DNA of 64,000 nt from a bacterium (GTDB taxonomy: Bacteria; Elusimicrobiota; Elusimicrobia; UBA1565; UBA9628). Location: assembly GCA_021822495.1 (NCBI GenBank), contig JAKAQO010000003.1, positions 83,227-147,226 of the forward strand. The letters are read 5' to 3'. The first letter of the stretch is position 1. The number at the start of each line of letters is the position of its first letter. The notes beneath the pieces were generated by a model that worked only from the letters and a program-made list of their open reading frames with translations, was not told the DNA's origin and made no database searches. A program made the translations under genes and the position numbers. Shown here piece by piece: positions 56,957-64,000 of the stretch.

Positions 56957-57898
56957 CTAATCCAGATTTTTGAGACAGGCCTCAACGATATGCGGAGAGG
57001 AGATGCCGTGTTTATGGTAAAGCTCTTCTCCCGTTCCTGATTCCCCGAAAGAACGTGCCCCTAGTTTTACAACCGGGACCGGCGCTCCCGCTTCCGCGAC
57101 CGCTTCACAGACCGCGCCGCCAAGGCCGCCGTTGACGTTGTGATCCTCGACGGTCACAAAGCGCGAAGTGTCGAGAGTAAATTTCTCGATGGACTCAGGC
57201 CCAAACGGAGACAAGGTCGCGACATTGACCACCCTCACTTTAAAGCCTTTTTCCAAAAGAGCTTTCGCCGCATTGACGGCCGGCCCCACCGTTCCGCCGG
57301 AAGCGAAAACAGTCGCCTGATAGTGCTTGGGTTTTGATTCCGGCTCCCAAACGACATCCGGAACTCCGAAAGCGAAGCGATACCCAGCGTCATGAACGTC
57401 CTCAAGCTTTTGGCGGGTCAGCCTTAAATAGACCGGCCCCTCATGCGCCAACGCCCAGGCCACGACTTGCTTAGTCTCAACCGCATCCGCGGGTTGCAAG
57501 ACCGCCATGTTCGGAAGAGCCCTCATCGCCGCGATATCCTCAAGGCCCATTTGAGAAGCCCCGTCATCTCCAATTCCAAGCCCCGCATGAGTTCCCACAA
57601 GCTTGACATTCGTTTTATTGTAAGCGACAGCAATGCGGATGCTTTCAAGCCGTCCGCTTAAAAAACAAGCGAAACTCGCCGCGAAGGGAACTTTGCCGCA
57701 CAGGGCCATGCCCGCGGCCGCGCCAATCATGTTGTGCTCAGCAATCCCAAAATCAAAATGGCGATCGGGAAATTTCTTCGCGAAGTCCTGCGTCATCGTG
57801 GATTTAGACAAATCCGCGTCAAGAACCACCAGCTGGGGGTTTTTCGGAGCGAACTCCGAGAGGGCTTCTCCAAATGATTCACGAGTCGCTTTAGGCAT
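56957..57898 (-). CDS. tkt: Transketolase, C-terminal (pyrimidine-binding) subunit.
   Basis: Start at MPKATRESF. The ATG overlaps the stop of the N-terminal subunit gene by 8 nt (ATGCCTAA). Confidence 0.9.
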   Translation of the reverse strand: MPKATRESFGEALSEFAPKNPQLVVLDADLSKSTMTQDFAKKFPDRHFDFGIAEHNMIGAAAGMALCGKVPFAASFACFLSGRLESIRIAVAYNKTNVKLVGTHAGLGIGDDGASQMGLEDIAAMRALPNMAVLQPADAVETKQVVAWALAHEGPVYLRLTRQKLEDVHDAGYRFAFGVPDVVWEPESKPKHYQATVFASGGTVGPAVNAAKALLEKGFKVRVVNVATLSPFGPESIEKFTLDTSRFVTVEDHNVNGGLGGAVCEAVAEAGAPVPVVKLGARSFGESGTGEELYHKHGISSPHIVEACLKNLD

Positions 57899-58730
57899 TG
57901 AGTATTTCCTCCACGGCGCGGTCCGCTTCCTCTTTGTTAGGAGCTTTTCCGTGCCAGGCAATGGCGTTTTCCATGAAGCTCACGCCCTTGCCTTTGACTG
58001 TTTTTGCGATAATGGCGTGCGGAACTTCGCCCGCTTTTTGCGCCAGAGATAAGGCCTTTTCGATTTGCGCAAAATCATGACCATCAATAGATGAAACTTC
58101 CCATCCGAAAGATTTGAGTTTATCTTCCATGGGATCAATGGGCAACACTTCATCAACATGCCCGTCAATCTGGCCGTTATTGTGATCCAAAATCATAACG
58201 AGGTTATCAAGCTTAAATTTAGGCGCCGCCATGAAGGCCTCCCAACATTGCCCTTCTTGAATTTCCCCATCTCCCAAGATAACGTAGGTTTTAAAGTCCT
58301 TTTTGTCTAATTTTGCGGCCATGGCCATTCCGAGACCCACTGAAAGCCCTTGACCCAAGGAGCCGCTTGAAAACTCAATGCCGGGAAGACGTAAGCGATC
58401 GGGATGGCCCTGAAGAGGGCTTCCCAATTTTCTGAGCGTCATCAAATTCTCCTTTGGAAAATAGCCGGTATGGGCCATGACCGCGTAAAGAGCGGGACAG
58501 GCATGACCCTTGGACAAGATTAAACGATCCCTATCGGCCCAATCAGGACGCTTCGGGTCATGCTTTAAGAATTTTAAATAGAGAACCGTTAAAATATCGA
58601 TGACCGACAAGGAACCTCCGGGATGGCCGGAGCCGGCCGCTTCAATCATGCGAATGATATCAACTCGAAGCTGTTTTGTGATTTCCTTGAACTCAACTGC
58701 CTGATTTGGAACTGTCGCCGTCTTACTCAT
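57891..58730 (-). CDS. tkt: Transketolase, N-terminal (TPP-binding) subunit.
   Basis: GHPGGSLS and GDGEIQEG motifs. Start at MSKTATV. The ORF is open further upstream. Confidence 0.9.
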   Translation of the reverse strand: MSKTATVPNQAVEFKEITKQLRVDIIRMIEAAGSGHPGGSLSVIDILTVLYLKFLKHDPKRPDWADRDRLILSKGHACPALYAVMAHTGYFPKENLMTLRKLGSPLQGHPDRLRLPGIEFSSGSLGQGLSVGLGMAMAAKLDKKDFKTYVILGDGEIQEGQCWEAFMAAPKFKLDNLVMILDHNNGQIDGHVDEVLPIDPMEDKLKSFGWEVSSIDGHDFAQIEKALSLAQKAGEVPHAIIAKTVKGKGVSFMENAIAWHGKAPNKEEADRAVEEILNA

Positions 58731-58782
58731 AACAACACCTCTCGCAAACGCTTTAAAGAAAGACTTTCTAATCCCATTATAA

Positions 58783-59817
58783 CTAAATCCTAGGATATTG
58801 CAAATTTTTAATGAGTTCCAGAAGCGGGTCTCGTATCTTTTCATACGGGACATCCCGACAGGAATTCCAATCCTCGCTTTTAAAAGCGTAATCTCTTTGT
58901 CCTCCGCTATTCCAAATAGCATAGGTATAACCGGTATGAATGGCAAAGGTTGGGGTCCCCACGGCAATGGCCAGATGGGTCGTTCCGGTCGTATTGCAAA
59001 AAAATAAATTCATCTTTTTCATTAAGGCCGCAAGAATCCCCAATGGGACGGAACTGATAATCGGAATAGATAAGGCCGCTTGATTGAGTATTTCTTGCGT
59101 TTTTTGTTTTTCTCCGGGTCCCGCAAGGCAAAAAACCTCCATGGCCGGGTTCTCAAGAATCTCTTGAATCAAACGCGTAAAATAATTTCCCCGCCAGCAA
59201 GAGCTTTCGCGCTTGAAATTTCCCATATGAACAAGAATCCGAAAAGAAGCGCCTTGCCTTTTCGGAAGAGACCCCCAAATTTTATCCGCTCCTTCGCTAT
59301 CGCCCGGAGACGAATGCAGTTCCAAGCGCGGTTCATAAGGCGCGGCTAACGCCCGGGCCAAGCGCTCATACCGCTTGAGCATCGGTTCATCATCCTCCGC
59401 GCGAGAGACGGTGTAATTATAAATTCCCTCGGCGCGGATTTTCTCAAACGACAATTTAAAAGGAGCGCGCATCAGCTGGCACAAAAGAGAAGCCGTCTTG
59501 GAAAAAGAGGGATTTAAATCCACCACTAGGTCGCAGGGACGGAAAAGCGCGTAAAGAAGACTTGCGTGCCGCATTATTTCCGTCGGCTTTCCTAGAATCA
59601 CCCCTTTGTCAATAAACGGAATCAAAGGAAGAACTTCCGCCGAACGATAGCTCACTAAAAGACGAATGCGCGCCTTCGGGAAACGCGCCTCAAGACCGCG
59701 CAAAAACGGCGTTGCGACAATCACATCCCCCAGACGACCAATCCAGACAACCGTAATCGAATGAATCTCATCCGCGCGAATTTCTTGAAGGGACTGAAGA
59801 GGCGTTTTGAGCTTCAT
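58783..59817 (-). CDS. Glycosyltransferase family 9 (LPS heptosyltransferase-like).
   Basis: RLGDVIVATPFLRGL and the GT9 C-terminus. Start taken at MKLKTP. Confidence 0.8.
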   Translation of the reverse strand: MKLKTPLQSLQEIRADEIHSITVVWIGRLGDVIVATPFLRGLEARFPKARIRLLVSYRSAEVLPLIPFIDKGVILGKPTEIMRHASLLYALFRPCDLVVDLNPSFSKTASLLCQLMRAPFKLSFEKIRAEGIYNYTVSRAEDDEPMLKRYERLARALAAPYEPRLELHSSPGDSEGADKIWGSLPKRQGASFRILVHMGNFKRESSCWRGNYFTRLIQEILENPAMEVFCLAGPGEKQKTQEILNQAALSIPIISSVPLGILAALMKKMNLFFCNTTGTTHLAIAVGTPTFAIHTGYTYAIWNSGGQRDYAFKSEDWNSCRDVPYEKIRDPLLELIKNLQYPRI

Positions 59818-59821
59818 ATCT

Positions 59822-60820
59822 TCAACAAAGAAGAGACTTAATCGCCTGATACGCTCGTTCGACCTCGATACCTCTGCAATCATGCCAGTCTCCCGCCAAA
59901 CCAAAATCCCGCTCCCCTGGAATGCGCCAAACCCGCCAAGCAGAGCCCGTGTAGATGGAAAAAGTGCGGACCCCAAGAGCCCCCGCGATATGAGAGGCGC
60001 CGTCTACGCTTGAGACGAACAAGTCCATTTGAAGAATGAACGCCGCCGCCTCCCGCAAGGGCCGGGGGCCAATAATCAGGGAAGATGAAACATCCATGTC
60101 TCGCGCAAGGCTCTCGACAAATTCTTTCTCTCCCGGCCCTGCCAAGAAAAAAAGAATAAAACCATCTTTTTTTAGCCGCTTCCCTAGTTCGACAAATTTG
60201 TCTCTTGGCCAGCGCGCCCCGGATTCCCTTTTTAAATCTCCGGGATGGATGAGAATTTTTTTTGCCTTGCCAAATTGATTCTCCCGATGAGCAATCTCGC
60301 TTTGGGCCAGTTCAATATCCGCTGGGTTTATCTTTAATTCCGTCCGCATTTCATAAGGAAGTCCAAGAGAATCGGCCATGCGTTGATAGCGAGAAAGCAT
60401 CGGTTCATCTTTATCTGGAGTTGGAACGCGAAACTGGAAGCTCTCGTTTTTCTTCCTTAAAAACCCTACTTTATATCGCGCGGAAATAAGATGCGAGAAA
60501 ATCCAGCCGCCGCGGGAAAAAGCCGGATTGGGATCAAGATCAATATAGAGGTCCCAGGTTCCTGAACTCAGCAGAAATTTCAAAAGCCTCAGATTTTGTC
60601 CAAGGTTCTCCGGGCGCCCAAGAATATGGAAACTGTTAATAAAAGGAATGAGGGGTAAGACCGCCGCGCTTTTGGCCGAACAAACCGCGACGATTTCAGC
60701 TTCCGGAAACTTTTGGCGAAGCCCGCGCAAAAAAGGGGTCGTCGCCACCCAATCGCCAATACGGCGCGGATAAAACATTAAAATCCGGCGCGGTTTTTCA
60801 GTCCAGAATTCCTTCATCAA
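59822..60820 (-). CDS. Glycosyltransferase family 9 (LPS heptosyltransferase-like), second copy.
   Basis: RRIGDWVATTPFLRGL. Paralogous to the upstream GT9 gene. Confidence 0.8.
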   Translation of the reverse strand: MMKEFWTEKPRRILMFYPRRIGDWVATTPFLRGLRQKFPEAEIVAVCSAKSAAVLPLIPFINSFHILGRPENLGQNLRLLKFLLSSGTWDLYIDLDPNPAFSRGGWIFSHLISARYKVGFLRKKNESFQFRVPTPDKDEPMLSRYQRMADSLGLPYEMRTELKINPADIELAQSEIAHRENQFGKAKKILIHPGDLKRESGARWPRDKFVELGKRLKKDGFILFFLAGPGEKEFVESLARDMDVSSSLIIGPRPLREAAAFILQMDLFVSSVDGASHIAGALGVRTFSIYTGSAWRVWRIPGERDFGLAGDWHDCRGIEVERAYQAIKSLLC

Positions 60821-60829
60821 GCTCGTTTT

Positions 60830-61621
60830 TTAAAAAGAGTGTTCCGTGCCGGGGAATTTTCCTTGACGCACATCCTTAAGATACTCGCGCGCGGAAGAAA
60901 TCATCGTTTCTCGAAGACGCGCGTAGCGTTTGACGAATTTAAGACTGGGCCCTTTGGAAATCCCCCACAAATCATCGGAAACCAAAATTTGCCCGTCGCA
61001 ATGAACTCCGGCTCCAATTCCAATCGTGGGGATGGAAAGGCTCGCGGTAATTTTTCTCGCTAAACCCGACGGAACGCATTCAAGGACGACGGCAAAAGCC
61101 CCGGCTTTCTCAAGAGCTTTAGCGTCTTCCAAAATTTTCTTCGCGTTTTTGGGCTCTTTTCCTTGAACTTTATATCCCCCCAACTGGTTGACCGATTGAG
61201 GGGTGAGTCCCAAATGTCCCATAACGGGAATATGAATTTTTAAAAGCTCACGCACAATGTCCGTGACAAAACCGCCGCCTTCGATTTTAACCGCCTGGGC
61301 TCCGCCTTCTTTAATGAGCCGCCCGGCATTGCGCAAAGCTTCTTTCAAATCAATTTCATAACTGAGATACGGCATATCCGCCACAAGCAAGGGCCCGGAA
61401 ATTCCACGCTTGACCGCAAGAAGATGATGGAGCATTTCCTCCATCGTCACGGGAACCGTGCTTGAATATCCCAATTTGACCATCCCGAGGGAATCCCCGA
61501 CCAAAAGAACGTCCACTCCGCTTTCGCTTAAGATTTGAGCGGTCGGAAAATCATAGGCGGTCAAGGCCGCGATTTTCTCGCCTTTTTTCTTCATCTCGAT
61601 AAGAGACTGATGTGTCATCAT
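60830..61621 (-). CDS. panB: 3-methyl-2-oxobutanoate hydroxymethyltransferase.
   Basis: LTAYDFPTAQ...VGDSLGMV...KIEGG. Confidence 0.9.
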   Translation of the reverse strand: MMTHQSLIEMKKKGEKIAALTAYDFPTAQILSESGVDVLLVGDSLGMVKLGYSSTVPVTMEEMLHHLLAVKRGISGPLLVADMPYLSYEIDLKEALRNAGRLIKEGGAQAVKIEGGGFVTDIVRELLKIHIPVMGHLGLTPQSVNQLGGYKVQGKEPKNAKKILEDAKALEKAGAFAVVLECVPSGLARKITASLSIPTIGIGAGVHCDGQILVSDDLWGISKGPSLKFVKRYARLRETMISSAREYLKDVRQGKFPGTEHSF

Positions 61622-62169
61622 GAGAATAATTTAACACTTTGAGAAATGCCCTTCAATCGAGAAAACGCTTCTTGAACCGTTTCTCCAGAATGGAGCTTGG
61701 CCTTCGGCGCAATCTCGAACAAGGGAACTAAAACAAAAGCCCTCCGCGCGGCTTGTGGGTGCGGGATTTTAAGCCAAGCGGTTTTTACTTTCGCGTCTCC
61801 GTAAGCGATTAAATCAATATCCAAAGGGCGCGGTCCCCAACGAAGACCGGGTTTTCGTCCAGCAAGGGCTTCCAAACGCTTAAATTCAATGAGAAGCCCC
61901 ATCGCGCTTCGCGTCGTTTTGATTTTAAGGGCGCAGTTGAGAAATTTCCGGCGACTCGGGCCTAAAGGTTCGGTTTGATAGATTCGCGATTTTTTGAGGA
62001 CCTTAACTCCAGCAATTTTTCCGATGGATAAAATCGCCCTTTGCAGATGACTTGTCCGGTTTCCCACATTGCTTCCCAAGGAAAGGAGGCATTCAACAGC
62101 TTTCACAACTCTATTATTTTTTCTGAGCGGCATTTTGATAGAGGCGATGCAGGAAAAAGATAATTCCAA
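61618..62169 (-). CDS. folK: 2-amino-4-hydroxy-6-hydroxymethyldihydropteridine pyrophosphokinase.
   Basis: LSLGSNVG...YQTEPLGP...RPLDIDLI. Confidence 0.85.
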   Translation of the reverse strand: MELSFSCIASIKMPLRKNNRVVKAVECLLSLGSNVGNRTSHLQRAILSIGKIAGVKVLKKSRIYQTEPLGPSRRKFLNCALKIKTTRSAMGLLIEFKRLEALAGRKPGLRWGPRPLDIDLIAYGDAKVKTAWLKIPHPQAARRAFVLVPLFEIAPKAKLHSGETVQEAFSRLKGISQSVKLFS

Positions 62170-62551
62170 GCGAGATCATCAAAGCCCCGAGATTTCCCAC
62201 CCAACCGCGGAACACTCCCATCTGATAGGGCGAGCCTAGGTAGCCGTAATCCGCCAGGGTTTTAGTCCCTTTCCTCAATGAACTTAAGGTTGGGACAATG
62301 CCGACCTTATGATTATAGAGGAAAGGCATAGAACCAATAAGGACTTTGAAAAAAGGCCCTACTTTAGAAAAGAAACCGCCGTCGTAAACTAAAAGCGTCC
62401 ATAAAAGCCAGTAAAGAAGGCCCAAGGCGGCCAGAGTTCCAATCAAAACCGCGGCCAAATGAGTTGGATCATAAATGGGCTCATCCGGATTATCGTCGTC
62501 GCCAATCCAGCGCCCCAAGGCAGTCAAGAATAATTTAACCTTTTGCATTTT
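62114..62551 (-). CDS. Hypothetical small membrane protein.
   Basis: 3 predicted TM helices. Start taken at MQKVKLF. Overlaps both neighbouring genes. Confidence 0.4.
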   Translation of the reverse strand, partial: KMQKVKLFLTALGRWIGDDDNPDEPIYDPTHLAAVLIGTLAALGLLYWLLWTLLVYDGGFFSKVGPFFKVLIGSMPFLYNHKVGIVPTLSSLRKGTKTLADYGYLGSPYQMGVFRGWVGNLGALMISLGIIFFLHRLYQNAAQKK

Positions 62552-63215
62552 GGCTGAACAAATCTTCCATTCCATAAAGCCCGGGGTTTCGAGAATGAAC
62601 CCACGCGGCGGCTTCCAAAGCTCCTTTCGCAAACACGTCCCGGCTGTGCGCCAAATGGGTTATTTTCAGGCGCTCAAAAGGCCCGGCCAAAACGAGCGTG
62701 TGCTCGCCGACCACATCCCCAATGCGGGAGGAAAGAATCTCAACCTTGCGGCCTAAAACAGAGGCCAAAGCCTTCCCGGTGCCGGACGGCGCGTCTTTTT
62801 TGGCCTTGTGATGGGTTTCCAGAATCGAGAGATCATAAGCGGGCAAAGCCTTCGCCGCCTCTTTCGCCAAGCGCTTCATCCAAAAGATTCCCGGGCTGAA
62901 ATTAGGCGATAAAAAAATCGGGATTTTTCTCGACGCCGCCTTGATTTGAGACATTTGAGAATTTGAAAATCCGGTCACGCCAATAACGACGGCTATTTTG
63001 CTTGTAACCGCTTTCCTCAAGGCCGTTAAAGAACTCTCAGGCGTTGAAAAGTCGATGAGAACGTTCAAATTCGACCAAGGAGCCCGCGCAAAATTGTCGC
63101 GCGCAATCTGAGCCGCAAGCTGAAAGCGAGAATCTTCCCGGGCCAAGGCGCAAACCCGCGTCCCCATGCGACCTAAAGAACCTACAACCCCTAACTTTAG
63201 AGCGTGTTTCATCAA
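62535..63215 (-). CDS. dapB: 4-hydroxy-tetrahydrodipicolinate reductase.
   Basis: KLGVVGSLGRMGTRV Rossmann N-terminus and the DapB C-terminal domain. Confidence 0.9.
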   Translation of the reverse strand: MMKHALKLGVVGSLGRMGTRVCALAREDSRFQLAAQIARDNFARAPWSNLNVLIDFSTPESSLTALRKAVTSKIAVVIGVTGFSNSQMSQIKAASRKIPIFLSPNFSPGIFWMKRLAKEAAKALPAYDLSILETHHKAKKDAPSGTGKALASVLGRKVEILSSRIGDVVGEHTLVLAGPFERLKITHLAHSRDVFAKGALEAAAWVHSRNPGLYGMEDLFSQNAKG

Positions 63216-63289
63216 GACCTTTATTTTATCAGTTCTTGCCCGCCCTCAGGCCCTTATTAAAAAAGATCTGGGCCGAGCGGGTTTGATTT

Positions 63290-63850
63290 TCAAAGACCTA
63301 TGGCCGCGAGGCCTTCTTGCCAGAAAAGAGCGTCGATTTTCCCAAATTTTTGAGGGTGGGGATCGAGCGAAAAACAAAAGGCTTGAATTTGAGGCTCGGT
63401 TTCAATAAAACGCGCTAAATGGCGCATATCTTTTTCCTGAACGCGAGAGGAAGATTTAATTTCGATAAAAATAGGATTCTGTCCAGGCCTTTCGGCCACG
63501 AGATCAATTTCAGCTCCATCTTTAGTCCTCAAGTAAGAAAAACGGAAATTTGCCCGCAGGTATGAGTTGCGACGATGAGCTTCCAGAATCACCAGGTGCT
63601 CGAAAGCTCGACCGAACTCCACGGAACGGGGCGACAAAGGATATTCCACCATCCGGGCCAAGGCCCTCTGGACTCCGAGGTCAAAGAAATAAAATTTTGG
63701 ATTTTTGCGCTGCTGTTTGCGGATATTTTTTCCATAGGGCGCAAGCAAAACGCCTAAAAGAGTGTCTCCCAAAATTTCAAATTTTAACAGGGGATAAAAT
63801 TCTCTGGAACATACTCCATTATTATACTCCAAAAATGGAGTATGCTCCAC
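63290..63850 (-). pseudogene. Stand-alone DUF4143 C-terminal fragment, an AAA-ATPase COG1373 remnant with no ATPase domain.
   Basis: Homologous to the C-terminal ~150 aa of the 47132–48268 protein (FFDLG/FDTG, EHLV/EHFV, YLRTKDGAEIDL/YWRTKQGREIDF). GTG start bounded by an in-frame stop 4 codons upstream. Confidence 0.55.
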
Positions 63851-63866
63851 TTTTATTTTTCACGCT

Positions 63867-64000
63867 TTACGGAAGTCCGCTCGGCCAAACGGGTTGAATC
63901 TCTTCCCACGACACGCGGGAATAACTGGTCCGGGTCACATTGAGATTGTTGCCAACGTTCGAGTTATAATAAACCGCGACATGAGAATTGGAATTGAGAT
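63867..64000 (-). CDS. 3' end of an unidentified gene that continues beyond the window.
   Basis: The reverse-strand frame is open from the window edge to a TAA at 63867–63869 (...NVGNNLNVTRTSYSRVSWEEIQPVWPSGLP*). Confidence 0.3.
   Translation of the reverse strand, partial: LNSNSHVAVYYNSNVGNNLNVTRTSYSRVSWEEIQPVWPSGLP

Noticed and set aside
1-64000. A scan for CRISPR arrays, IS elements or transposases, integrases, rRNA, and large non-coding islands.
   Set aside because: No repeat–spacer structure was found. None of the ORFs has transposase, integrase or RT motifs. The largest intergenic gaps are 191 bp or less and look like promoter regions.

Overview
This is a compact bacterial chromosomal segment of about 50% GC, roughly 90% coding, with many 4–8 nt start/stop overlaps. 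LPS heptosyltransferases, a TolC-like protein, small beta-barrel proteins ending in Phe and a PilB/PilT/PilC trio indicate a diderm (Gram-negative-type) organism. Most genes are housekeeping: a 5'-partial mfd, ybeZ-ybeY, glgC, thyX, clpP, uvrC, cca, dnaE, pfkA, ahcY, a fatty-acid desaturase, alaS, def-fmt-rpe, rpsP-trmD-rplS-rnhB-yraN, a split transketolase, panB, folK and dapB. There is one tRNA-Leu(CAA). I found no rRNA, CRISPR array, IS element or integrase.

The accessory-looking content, in the order I rate it:
- (a) An operon of a HAMP-only membrane protein, a TolC-like outer-membrane protein, a secreted patatin-like phospholipase and a TPR protein, translationally coupled to pfkA.
- (b) A divergent module next to tRNA-Leu: an exported atypical protein-kinase-like protein, an exported 739-aa protein and a small outer-membrane beta-barrel.
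- (c) An NTE-like phospholipase (cNMP-binding domain, middle domain, patatin domain) coupled to a Nudix hydrolase.
- (d) An 18-nt duplicate of the tRNA-Leu 3' end plus a perfect 12-bp hairpin between the tRNA and alaS.
- (e) A PASTA-domain protein with no kinase domain, sitting in the def-fmt-[prkC]-rpe syntenic slot.
- (f) Several genes with an (extended) -10 hexamer only 5–8 nt upstream of the start codon, suggesting leaderless mRNAs.

All functional calls come from motif-level recognition by eye. No database search was possible.
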